Positions 1 to 12,700 of a stretch of DNA of 64,000 nt are shown one piece after another. Made by a program: the position numbers and the translations under genes. Origin of the DNA: Takakia lepidozioides (taxonomy: Eukaryota; Plantae; Bryophyta); contig CM060731.1 in the NCBI GenBank assembly GCA_030704615.1, forward strand, positions 38,502,001 to 38,566,000. Direction: 5' to 3'. The notes beneath the pieces are model-generated. The model was given only the letters and a program-made list of their open reading frames with translations. It had not been told where the DNA came from and ran no database searches. Position 1 is the stretch's first letter; every line of letters starts with the position of its first letter.

Positions 1-676
1 GAATTTGCTATCATTTGGTCCTCAAAACGAATGATTGTTATCCACTGGGTTTTCAAATGTCTATCCTGATTACTGAAAATAATGGATGCCCCATGCCTCA
101 GATCTTGATAGCAACTCTACCTATTCCTCCCAGTCTTATCCTGTTCTTGACAGTCCACAGGTTAAGTTTGACACACGTACATGATTGAAATAAGCCAAAA
201 CTCATTTATTCCAGTGGAAACTGCTCTACGTCCGAAGCAAAGGACTGCCAAATGGCACTTACGCCTCTTTGATGGGAGATGCCGCCTCCAGTGGCGCCTG
301 CAAAACTGCGCCTGGCCCTACCTGTACCACCCCCTTCCCCTCAGACATCCCTGCATTTCAGGCAAAGCCAGCCTGGCACTACGCAACATAGAGCAAACAC
401 TTCAAGGAACAACAAACAGAAAGACAACATGAAGCCAACAGGGACCCTCCCACATTCAATGCCACCCAATTTGAGTGGTTCTCTTACTGGGTCCCCTTAC
501 CAGCCTCCCAAGCAGGAATAAACTTTTCCTCATCTTCTTCTCTTAGGGTTCTATAAGTAGTTGTGCCATGGGCCTCCAGCACATACACTCACATCAAGGG
601 ATTCTGGTTATCCAACTTCCTTACCACAGAAGTTCCTGATCCATATGCAACAAGGAAGCCATCCTAATTTACTCAC

Positions 677-3600
677 ATTAACATTGTAGAACAGTGAGAT
701 AAAAAGACGTTGTGCTTTGATACAGTCTCCACGACCCGATAGCTTCAATAGGCCCTGCCCGTGCATGCCCAAATTTGCATTTGACTGGATCAACGACCCT
801 TCCTGATACAGCCACCCCACATCACCCTTCACTTTCACATACAGCAGCTGTTCAAGGTCTTTTGGCATTTTACTCAGTTAGGCCCTGTTAGTATGAGGTA
901 TTTCACACACAACATGAAATTGGGTGGATGTCGCAAATAGACCTGCCTATCTGGCCCCAAATTACAGTTTCACTTTGCCAGCTTCTTCAACAAATAACCA
1001 CTCTCTGTCTCACAGTGGTCCATGATACACACAACAACAAATTTCCTGGCCTCACAATGTGGGTTGGCACAAGCGATTCCAGCAGCAATCTTTGCTAGAG
1101 AACAACCATACACGAAGAGCTTAAACCATGGTCGGGTTGGGGAGTCACACACCCTCAACACCACCAGATTGCTCGTCTCAATAGAGGATGTAGCCACCAT
1201 GAAGTCATCTGGATTTCCTTCTATTTGAATCACAGAGTTCCACATCAGCAGCATCTTTACCGTGAGCTTTAAAGCCCCGTATACCTGTGCACCCACAGCC
1301 AGGTGACCTTCAACTCTCTCTCTTTGTTCTTTCACACACAACATGTCTGGTTGAAGCTGCTTCCCAAGTATATTTATCTAACAACACCCAATCACTACCC
1401 CACTCAACACTACCAAGTTTAGTACCATGAAAACAGATATGAGTTCACAGTATTGATAAATAGACCTGCAGCGTGCCGCCTGTCCACAAAAGCCTAACAA
1501 CAGCGCATCTCCATACAAACCTTTTGTAGAACCAAAAGAAAAAAGAAACAAAGAAAGCCAATTGCAGACTTGTACTATAGAGAGCCAATTGCAGAATGCA
1601 CGACATTTGAACCATGGTGAAAGGTGCCTAAGGACCTTCATAGTAGAGTCACTCATAAGAACCTCCTCCGCTAACAACTCAAACTCTGAAGTGGAGTACT
1701 CTGCAAGGCCAAAGATGAGTATGCCCCCAGACCCCAAGGTAATCATTGAGCGAACCTGAGAATCCCATGCAAGACCGACAACCACAAGAAATGTTAGATC
1801 ACCGTCTAATCACTTTCCCAACAGTTAATCGGTTGGTATTGTCAGGTATATAGTGTCTCGCAAGACTCCCAATTTCTTTCGTGTCGTGGCCTGAGACATG
1901 TCAATCATCTGATCACATAGAAAACAAGAAAATTGAGCTGTCATTAGTTGGGTTTCCTACTCAGCTTGACCAGCTGCAGTAACTATTACAAATTGAGACA
2001 TGGGGACAGTTTTTATTAAAACAGGCTGCTGAGCTGTGCGTTCTCTCTTTACTTTCCATACGGTACCTCAACTTTTATCACCAAGCTAGGAAATCCGGCA
2101 AGGGATGAAACCAATGTTTAAGTCTGCAGAGCCACAATAAACTGCAAATAGAGGTATGAGCCTCATAAGATAATCAGGGTGACAAGTAGGACAGTGGAAA
2201 TTATACTACCAATTTGGTGCAATTTGTCTCTTCCTATTTTATGTAATGCTCCCTACCTTTCCTGCTGCCTACACTAAACCCAACACGAGCCAAGTAACCA
2301 GAAGTTCACAAAACCAAGGCAGCAGACCTTTGTAGCCGCCACATGGATATCTCAGTATGCACTGCCTAACCATGTGCATTGTTATGTACCAGAAAAGATA
2401 ATTCTTACACAGAGTATGTTTTGCTGTCGCCGTGATCCAGGCCGAAGACGGGATAACCTTGTTTGAGCACAAACAAGCTGGCATGTAAAGAGGAAAAGGA
2501 GGGTGAAAAATAAAATCCACAATTTCATCACACTGACCTGCACTCTGCTCCACAGCAGTGGAACCACCACACTTGCACAGCTCTCCACATACACGTTTGC
2601 CCACAACGGGCGGTTGGGAAACTCTAGTAATAACGTATCAGTTTGTGTCGTCTTGTTACTATTAGACACATACAAGGACTGTGGCAGAACTTCAAATCGT
2701 GTTCCTGCAGCTCCAGTGTTTTCTGGACACCCTAAGCTATCCCCACCTGCCAGGCAATGACAGCACAAAATGTGATTTGAGCAAATGTGGGGCAATCTGA
2801 TGCACTTAAACAGCTCTCAATAGTCCCTGTTTCTGCAAATGTATTGAGCCTTTTCTAGGTTAGTACAACTTCAGTTACTGGAGCCCAATGTACAGATATA
2901 GGCCATATGTATCCACAAAACATATAACCATGTGCAGACTAAATGAGAGATTTCGAAACATAACTGAATAGTTCTAGAAGCTTTCTCATTGATTTTGTAT
3001 GCCTATGATAAACCCAGTTCATCCACAGAACCCAAAGGGTAAGAGTAAGAGGGGAGGGAAAGAGAGACTGGGAGAGATGAGCCCTAACCATGGGTTGACA
3101 CCGTCACACCATCAAGCCTCATGCATTCAATGGAGATGCGGCCCCCTCCGCCACCCCCACGCCCAGTCCCTCCAGAGGCAGAGATTACACCATTTCCTTT
3201 GCTGCAATCAAGTCCATTTCCGCCACTGGGTTCAGCAGGATTGGCTTGTACAAATATGTGACCCCTCTATCACTCAATAGTCTTTCAATAATCACTGAGG
3301 TCACCAATTGCGCTCATTACCTGTTCGACATGATACAAGAGCTAATGTTTGGGAGTACGGATCAGACCACAGGGCTAATGCGTGGATTCTTTCCATAGAA
3401 CAATATGTGGAACCCAAAAGTACGTTTCTCTATAGTAACCCACATAGTCCCTGCACCTCTGTTCACCAACTTTCAAACTCTTGAGGCTGGGCCCAAAGCC
3501 CTGGCCCTGGTGGGGTCTGATTGCTAGGCAGCTTACACACAGCAGATCGATGCTTGTGGCTTTCTAGAGGATATCTGGAAAGCCCAAACTAATTGTTTAC

Positions 3601-4830
3601 AACAAGGTAAGTCACGCTACTGAAGTAACCACCTGACAAAGGTAGTGCCTGTTTCCAATGTTTCCGTCCAAACTGGGCGCAGGTTCTATGGCCACAAGGC
3701 TACGGCAAACAAAGCCATATAAGTACATTCTATAAAAACCCATCTGCTGACCTACACTGATACTTCGACTCAGCATGGGTGCAATATGGCTGATGAAACG
3801 TTGAAAACATCAGTGCATACCTGACATACACATGCATACTAGAGAAACACCCACAACCAAGTTTTACTCTTCCCCTCCTTCAAGGTGTACACTGTTGAGA
3901 TGGGCCCCTAATTGTGAGCATGGACATCTGCTAAGCAAATGCCACAATGAGAGAAACTCACATCCGAGATGCTTTTACATAGATGCTGCCTCCAGAACCA
4001 CCACCACCCTCGTTTCCAACAGAACCGCCATTGGCCTCTATAGTACCATTAAGCACCAAGTTCCCTTCCACTGTCACAGCCACACGGCCCCCTCCCCTTC
4101 CTCCAAAGTCTTCTGTTCTATTTGTGCTCCCCCCTTTACTCCCATAGCTCCAAGGTTTGGCAAGGGCCGCCCAGGAATACACATCCCCACCCCAGGTGTC
4201 GTGCTGGTCTTTGCCATCATCTTGCACACAAGAAGCTCCTCGGCCACCATGGCCCCCACCCCCTCCATCAGTCCCCATGGGTGTCCCACTCGTTTGAGGA
4301 GGTGGGGTTCCTGCCAATGCAGTGGTGTTGAAAGTGGAGCCATCGCTAATGCTCACATTAGCCGCTTCCATTAACAGAGTTCCACTTACAATTGACGAAT
4401 TTTGACCCACATTCAGATTCCCAGTCAACAATACAGTCAAAGTGCACCCATCAACCATGCAAGTGATTGAGACATTGGGTAGAATCTCTAGGGTTCCTGC
4501 TCCGACAATCACTGAATCATTAGTCAAAGAGACTGACTGATTGAGCACACAGATGGTATCAAAAGATCCTAACCCACCTAAATCAGTCTCACAGGAGAGA
4601 GATTGGTTCACTAGATTGTGGAGGCAAATAGGTTCAAGGACAGGTTGGGACAGTTCGCAACTGGGGGGCTTTCTGGGAGGTCTCTGTGAGATCCCTGGTG
4701 CATTGGTAGGGCTTGGCGGAGTCCATAGGGCAATTGATTTGTCTAGAAGGCTACATGATAGAAGAGGAAAAAGGTGAAACAGTGAGAGTAAGATCCTAAA
4801 TACGCGGCCTTGGAAGCGGAGCACCATCAT
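677..4830 (-). CDS. Large Gly-rich secreted/membrane protein of the plant At5g11700/At4g32920-like family; 5' part of a multi-exon gene that continues off the left edge
   Basis: GT-AG exons join in frame: 4830-3962, 3201-3089, 2746-2538, 1755-1636, 1284-1153, 802-677. Hydrophobic signal-like N-terminus, SCETDLGGLGSFDTIC, GGGHGGRGASC, GGGGSGGSI, GCPENTGAAGT, VVVPLLWSRVQV, SEFELLAEEVLMSDS, IQSNANLGMHGQGLL. Confidence 0.85.
3440..3630. repeat. Dispersed repeat, copy 1 (intronic); related to 24855-25050
   Basis: ACATAGTCCCT(G/A)CACCTCTGTTCACCAACT...ATCTGGAAAGCC...GGTAAGTC occurs at both loci in the same orientation. Confidence 0.7.
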
Positions 4831-6844
4831 CCTGCAGGTTTACCCTCATAGTCAAGCCCTCGATGCAAATCCTTCTGGAGCACCTAGAGATATTTCACAA
4901 CCAAACCCCCCCACAGCGAGGAGATCTTCTCAAACACCGGCCAAGTTTAGGGTCCCCTCGCGCTTGGTAGTTCAAAAGTGGCACGGCTCTATCCATCCTT
5001 CGAAACACTGCATGGCTTGAGCATGTTGAGGCTGTTCAATGCCAACCAGCAACACTGGGAGGGAGAGGAAACTGGCTCCCAATTACTCTCCCAGATCCGT
5101 AAGTCCCACGTCTAAAAATTGTTCTGAGCTCAAACGCCAAAGTCCTGGAGAACCTGCTGCAAGTACATTTGATAGGAGAAGAAGATTACCTGGGAGATGA
5201 ATGCATGAGACGATTCTAAGGATTATACTTTTGCTTAAATCTCTGAGCTGCATGAAGAGTTGAGATTGGGGCATAATGGAAATTTAGCTTCTACATACAT
5301 AACCTGGTTCTCCATTCAAACAGAAATACCATGCACCTTGACCTATCTTGACTCGAAGCAAAAGGCATTTCCAAAATCAACCCTAAACTTTAAAGAAACC
5401 TCTATTACTCTATCTAGAATTTCCTCAACTCATGAAAAAAGAGCCTCAAAACATTGGAAGTGCCCAAGAAGTCCCTCATACCTCCTTTGCAAATCCGCTG
5501 ACATCTACTTGTGCCCCCTGATGAAGACCCTGTAATGACCATTTCTCACTCCGTAGAAAGCGCTCGATAATATCACGACATACAACTCCCAGCTTAACCT
5601 CTTCACTCCGTCCATCCAAGAGGCAACCAATTTGCAGCTAAGACAAGACCTCCGTCTTGCATAAAACACATGTCGAACTACGGACCACCACCTGCAGCGT
5701 GTGACCTCCGATTCACGACCTGCGCATTGTCCATCCCCATCCAATAAATCCCTTTCCCCTCAGCTGCAGCTGATTGCATAATCCTTCACACAATTGCAAA
5801 ACCCCGACTAAGTTAGCGATGCAGCAAGCTCATGAACCCTTCCTTCCTCTCCCTCTTCTCCACTGTTCACCTCAATCTCTTCACCACGGATGCCTCCCAC
5901 GTCGCAGACAGAGAGAGACAGAGAGAGCAAGAGCGATCCGAGCAAAGATTGCAAGCAACGGGAGCTGCCCTCCCTTTGCATCGCCCGTTACCGTTGGGCT
6001 GACGGAAAGCTGACCGCGCGGTCCCAGCGCGGTCCCTCTACGTATTCTGAAACGCCCGTAAATACGTATATTCAAGTGGGATGGATGAACTATGCCTACC
6101 TACTTTGGACGAAAACGTGCGCTTCCAGATGATAACCAGGATGAGCTTGGGCTGAGTTATAGACATGGCAAGAACGAGGTGACGCTTTTCCATGCTGTCA
6201 AGTTTTCATTGGCTTAAAAACTGTAAAAACATATTTTCGTGTCGGAGGTGACGTGGCTGACATGCCCGTATCGCAACGGATGTAGCAGTTTATCTCATCC
6301 AATAGGCTTTCCACCGATCAACTGACGTACTACGTTCATCGAGGCATCTTTCTGGGGAACATTTATAACGGGGAGCAGGTGTGACGTGGAGGGAAGACAG
6401 GGACACAAGTGTTGTGTCACGTTGCGGGCGGTGCATGTGCCACGTGGAGAACCCCAGGTTTTCCAGGGTGACCTGGCAATCTTCAGGCCTCTGCTTACTG
6501 TCGTTCACTGCGGGTGACCACGTCACCCGGCCCGTTGACAATTTCTTATTTTCTCGATAATCGGGAACGATAAGATATATGAGCGCTTTTGAATAATTAT
6601 GTTCTAGAAACCGGATGAGGGCGTGAATGATGTAGCAGTTTTCATTCGTATCTGGCGAGGCCCACCATTCATTCCTCGTAACGGAAACGGAAAGTGATTC
6701 TGGGTCGTTAGTCGTTAACAGCGCGTGCCCAATATTTGGACACTTGCGATGTGGGTTGTGGATAATGCAGCACGTGTCCCGAAGGAAGAATCGGTCAACG
6801 GTACGGGCAGCGCAGCCAAATTATCTTGCCATGCTCAGGTTCTG

Positions 6845-6865
6845 TAACCCTAACCCTAACCCTAA
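6845..6865. repeat. (TAACCC)3.5 telomere-like microsatellite
   Basis: taaccctaaccctaaccctaa. Confidence 0.7.
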
Positions 6866-7808
6866 GATTGAGGCTGGCCTCTAGCTGATTTGATTTTTCG
6901 GGTGTTTGGGGCAGATATTGAGTTGGTTATTTTTAACGCTTAAAAAGGAGAAGAAAGAATGCGGAATTTGTCGCGGCATGGATGATGTTCGGATAATGGT
7001 ATGTACGGTGTTGACGGGTTCGTCCATATAATGCCGACCAATGCATAGCGGATCGATAAGTGACTTCCCCAAGTACAAAGATATATCCGAACTTGTCCAA
7101 AAAGTATAGGTAGTCATACAACAACAGGGTGGCCCCTCAACATGGCACATATGACAATCTGCTGTAAGGCTGGCCGACTAATGTCTTTGTAAATACCATA
7201 AGACCTCCGCTTTAGTGGTCACTTCTTGTTAGAAGTACGAACCGATGTTGAGATGGTGGAACATTGTGGATTAGCATCTCGTAGCCTAGTTAGCAACCAC
7301 GCTGCTCTTTGATGAATCCTGCGATAGACACCATTTATATATATATGATGCCTCCCAAAGGAAGCAAATATTATGGTGTCTCTTCACCCGGAAGGCCTAT
7401 TGCCTTCCGGCAGGAAGGCGGACACTTTGTGACAACCGTATAGCCCGATTTATACTCCAGTATCGGGTTATACTAGCCACCCATCGAGGTTGGGTAGCGA
7501 GTGATCATGGGAACAAGCGAATATACCGTATATTCCTAAGATGCCTTTCGAATATTCTTCAGCGAAACGAAAATTGAAAAACTAAAAAATTTGCGAAACT
7601 ATTTTAACTGCTCACATAGGCCCTCAAAACAACGATTAAGAAACAAGTAACCCCTATACATGATAAACATGTTACCCTATAGGTGTGGGATTTCCTCACG
7701 CTATGCTCACCCAATACTAAGCCCTTTCCATGATAGACTTGAGAAAAGGGCGCTGAGACTCCTAGAGACCTTAAAGGTTGTCACGTCCATGGATAATTTA
7801 TCGAGACG

Positions 7809-7970
7809 AAACTCTCACTCCCGAAACGACCACTTAATTTTTAATTTCTCAATGTGAAATTAAAACTCTCACTCCCGAAACTACTACTTAATTTTAATTT
7901 CTCAATGCGGAATTAAAACTCTTACTCCCGAAACTACTTCTTAATTTTAATTTCTCAATGCGAAATTGAA
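7809..7970. repeat. Tandem repeat, 3 x 53-54 bp
   Basis: Unit AAACTCTCACTCCCGAAAC...TTAATTTCTCAATG starts at 7809, 7863 and 7916. Confidence 0.9.
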
Positions 7971-8602
7971 AGATAGATTAGATAGTTTATCGTTTTGGTG
8001 TACTACACCCTATAAATGCACCGTGCCTCAAAACATGTAACTCTTATGACCGCGGTTTAAAAACATACAACCCCCATGACCGTGGGTTGTGCTTATGCCG
8101 TGCTTATTCCCTTCTCTTCCCCATATACACATGATACACTCTTATTGCCCGGTGTACTATCATGCAGAATCTTGTCCGTCGTATAAAGAAAGATCAACGA
8201 TCAGCTGACGAGCAGTTGCATCAAGTAGAACATCTCAACATCACTTCTTTTCTAGCTTTCTATCTCTTAGGATCAACGCTATTAGTTTTGATTCCTTGGA
8301 TCTAGAAATCTACAAGTTTTTTCAAGGCGCCGTTACCGACCCCCCTAAAAACGTGTTGGTTCGGGTTGTGTTCTTATTGCACCCAGTGCATTCGCGGTTC
8401 GCATCCTGGTGCATTGCTACATTTGTCTCCATTCTTTTGAAGATCCTAAGCATTTTTATAATGTTAGCTGCAACACCGTCTCCATTCTTTTTATCACAAA
8501 GCTTTTCATTCATCCGATGAGGCGACAAAGACGAAGACCGAGTACTTCATCTTGAACATCGGAAGATAGAGACCATGGCGGTTCATTTTCAAGAAGCACG
8601 GT

Positions 8603-9470
8603 TGTAGGCTTCACCGAGATCAGTGCTCACGTGAGCATGCTCACCTTGTGCTCACATGATACCAACCCCCCACTTATCAAAAAAATTGAACCCGCCAGCT
8701 TGCCACCTACACTGCCATCTACGAAAGCCCAAAAAGGCCAGAACAACAGCCATGGCAAAGCCCGGGACAATACCCTAGTCCGGGCCTAAGATTCCGTACG
8801 TCGTGCGCATGCATATCGCTACACAACTACATCGCTGTCCAAAACCACACAACACATGTGCACGCCACACACTAGTATATTACTAGTCCAACCACTAGTC
8901 CAACCACTAGGCTACAACTAGTCAGTCACTAGGCTGCCACTATACTGCCCACTATGGCAGTCACTAGTCCACACAATGATAAAGAAGAAGAATACAAGCA
9001 CAAGCTCATGCGAGCTCACAAAGCTGAAGCATAAACTCATGCATATATAAACTCATCACTCAAATACAAGTCAAGCCAAGTGCATCCCACGCCATGGGAA
9101 ATCCACACAACAGCGCCATAGCTAGGCGCGGTGAGGCTCAACTCGAGAAAGATGAGCCTCCCACGCTTGCCGTGAAGATAACCACTCCAGGGCCTAAATC
9201 TGCCTTGACCCCTGGATTGACACTTGGGCCAATCCCAAATGTCAATATGTAAAAGCTAGCTATTTCCTAGCTAGTTTCACACTAGTGGTAAAATAACTTG
9301 ACAGCTGTCGTGCGCATACATATCGTTACACAACTACATCGTTGTCCAAAACCACACAACACATGTGCACGCCACACACTAGTATATCACTAGTCCATCA
9401 CTAGTCCAACCACTAGGCTACAACTAGTCAGTCACTAGGTTGCCCACTATGGCAGTCACTAGTCCACACA
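8603..9470 (-). repeat. Candidate 3' LTR containing an internal ~170 bp direct repeat (8800-8977 and 9307-9472)
   Basis: Begins TG right after the PPT on the minus strand. The duplicated block GTCGTGCGCAT...CACTAGTCCACACAAT is visible directly. The left end (TGTAGG at 8603) is a guess. Confidence 0.55.
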
Positions 9471-9730
9471 ATCGCCCCCCTAGCTGGTGCTTAGGTCCCT
9501 CTAAATTCAGGTAGCCACAAGATGTGATAGTTACCATAGCCTCACTAAGTCCTCCACCACTGTCCCTACTACACTCAAACTCGATAGATCAAGAGGCCGG
9601 GTGCAAGAGTTGCCCCATCGTTAGTCGCCGTCTTGCAATCTGTGAACTTGAGCTTGGGATCTCGTGTATTGACTCCTATGAGTTTGGCCTCTCATGTCTT
9701 GTTAGCTGCCTCTAGTCATGTCCACTGCCA

Positions 9731-12700
9731 TTATCCCAAGCAGTGTGGACACAACCAATCTCCGTCAGGAACCTTCTCAAGAGGTGGTGTCAAGCATCCC
9801 ATATGTCAACCCCTTGAGCATCGATCACACACCAGCATGGTGACTGCCCCTTTGGCAGACCCACAGAGCATGCACCTCAAACCTGCAGGTACCATTGCCA
9901 AGTTTGGGTCAACTCTGCCATCGACATTGGGAAGGTGACATGACGCACAATTACGCACATGGTCCTTCCAAGTCATGTCATCCCGACCCTCCAAGATCAG
10001 GACTCCTAAGGGCAACACCTCTCGAACCCTCAGAATAACACGCCTTGCAGTGACATCCAGGGTCGTAGGAGCAGTCTGCTGCAAATAAACATAGTCACCA
10101 GGGCTAAACCTCCGAACCCCAGGACGATATCCTCCACCACATATAGTGGCATACCTCAACGTATCACGGTGTTGTGCAATGGCAAGGTTCTCAAAAGCCA
10201 TGGGCATGACTTTCTTGAACAACTCTGCACGCTGATCACATGCACGTACCCACACGTCCGGATCATCAAGATTAAGGACTTGAGCAGTGTCCCTACGAAT
10301 GGCTGCAGGCAAATCCGGCTCTCGGCCAAAGAGAAAGAAATATGGTGAGAAAGATGCAAGTGATGCTTGTTTGCTGAACCTGCAGCCCATGGCTAACCAA
10401 GGCACCTGAAGATCCCAATCTCCTAGGTGTCCTTTCTGCAAGCCATACTTGCGCAAACCCCTCTTCACCGTTTGAACAACTCTCTCTGTCAAGCCATCGG
10501 CCTCAGGATGATCCCGAGAAGTGGTGCGGTGGTCTATCAAGGCTTTATCACACAAAGCCTGAAACTCCCCCAAGAACTCTCTCCCTTGGTCCGTGAGTAC
10601 CTCAGCTGGAGCACCGAATCGGCTAAGCACACGATCCAAGAATGCATACGCAGCCCCCTCACTAGCCTTGTCAGGCAATGAAACCACTCAATCCACTTGG
10701 AGAAGTGTTCCACCATCACCAACACATATCTGTGGTGGCGCATAGTTAGTGGCAACGGTCCTGCGAAGTCAAGACTCCACCTGTAGCCCAATCCCATGAT
10801 TGGTAAAGGATGCAACTGTGGTGTAGGGGCGTTGAATGAAGCATGCACCCTGTCACACACCATGCACCTAGCCACGAACTGTTGCACCTTTGTATGCATA
10901 CCACGCCACCAATACTACCCCTGCAGTAAACTGTGAGTGCGTCGCACTCCAAAATGCCCCAACTCCTCATGGGCATGCCGCACTAACCGTGTACGATATG
11001 TGGGGTGAGGCACAATCCTCACCCGACCATCTTCCCATACTCGGAGCAGGTGTATCCCCTCCCACTTGAACCTCTTGGTTCGTTGTAGGATCCGATCCCT
11101 CTCATTGGCAGTCACAGTGGCTGCCATGTCTCCAGTACGGAGGTAGTCCAACACAGCCGAATCCTCATGTATATCTCTAGTACCACCTGGCTCATCACTA
11201 GCCTCAGGGTCCTCAGACACTCCGTCTACAGTCATCCCTGTTGTAGGTCCAACCTGACCTCCCAGAGATCTTGAGTTCTCATCTGAATCAAAGACCTCTC
11301 CATGTCACTGTATCTATAGGGTCTCCGAAAGATTGGCGTGTCAGTGGCCAACTCAATATGGATCTCTTGACCCTTCAGTGCTCCCAAGTCCTTCAAACTG
11401 AAGGCAAAACAATTCATGTAAGCCCTCAGGAACCGCCGTATATGTCATCTCTCTCCTCCGGTGACAATGGGTCCAATGTCAGGCTCCCAATTGTCCTCCG
11501 TAACTACAACCTTAAGTCCAGTGGGCTTAGAGGTAGAGGACGCATCCAGTGGTTGCTATGTTGCAACCTCTTGAGCAGTACTCCATACCTGCTCAGTCAA
11601 TGACAAGGCCTCATCTTGCCCCATCATCTCATCCTCGAGGACTTCCTCAACCTGAGAAAAATCCCCAGCCTCATCCATCACCGCCACCTTGGCGGCACTC
11701 CCTCTGAACCTCGAGCACCTCCCACGTGTGCCATGGATGCCTACACCCCGTGATCCTCACATGCTCGCCCCCACTCACTGCCTGTACCGTCTCGGTAGGC
11801 AGAGAGACCAGCGAGGGAAGTGCACTCCGCACTCTGCATTGCTCAGCCATAGCCAAGCTGATAATGCAGGTCAAGCAATTGAGATCCATTGCTTGCCCCA
11901 ACACCTGACGACGTGCTGCTTCAGAAAGAGATGGCACCGCCATGGTACCAGTGATAAAACCCATTGCCCGCTCACGCTCGTCAGCATTAGGCTCCACTAA
12001 CTGCTGCAACTGAGCATCCCACAGGAGGCCAGGCCCACAATCCCGGAAAGCATGCGATCCTGGGAAGCTGAGCGGTGTAGGTAATGCTGCTCGTGGTTGA
12101 CCCACCTTGTTGACCACTGCCAAAGGCGAACGGTCATCGTGTCTCATACACTGAGACTGCCTCCTTGTCTCCAGAATGCTATCCACTGTGAGATGTGTTG
12201 GCCGCTGCACCCCATCAAATGCACGCTTGAGCAGTGCGGGTGGCATCAAGTTAGTCCACCATAGCCGTGGACGATGAGCTCGTGACCCCACTGTAGCTGC
12301 ATCTAACAACACTGCTGACCCAAGCCACGACCGGACTTGATGCACACTGGCCATCATTCTGGCCCGAGAATCGCCCATCAGTGGCACATTCTCCAAGATG
12401 TATGCTGGAGATACAACTTGATGAAGCTACAAGTAGCGCAAAACCCACACCATTTTCCAAAACAGACCCGACCTCAAGTCTCGCAATCCATTGTCATGCC
12501 CGGCTGATGAATGCCCTTGGCAGGGCCAACCTGCCACTACCAGATCAATGGAGCCAACCCGCTCCAAATCTTGCGCCCCCAATAACGAAATGTCTGCTGG
12601 CAAGGCCTGCTGATATCCACGAACTGTAGCCGCCGGCAACAACTCAGGGTACCGCTGCACCAACTGAGCAACATGGCAAAGTGAAACGCATCGTGCAGTC

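Noticed and set aside
6845-6865. True telomere or chromosome end
   Set aside because: Only 3.5 units, located internally.
8657-8664. TGATACCA as a tRNA-Met primer-binding site
   Set aside because: The match stops after 8 nt (no GAGC) and it lies at the 3' end of the element, not before gag.
9280-9295. CACTAGTGGTAAAA (and CACTAGTG at 21243, CACTAC at 50750) as further CACTA termini
   Set aside because: I found no inverted partner with a 3-bp TSD, and CACTAG is a frequent motif in this LTR.
8800-9472. Split direct repeats of a DIRS/Ngaro tyrosine-recombinase element
   Set aside because: The element has a DDE integrase and a PPT, and the intervening segment has no copy at the 5' end.
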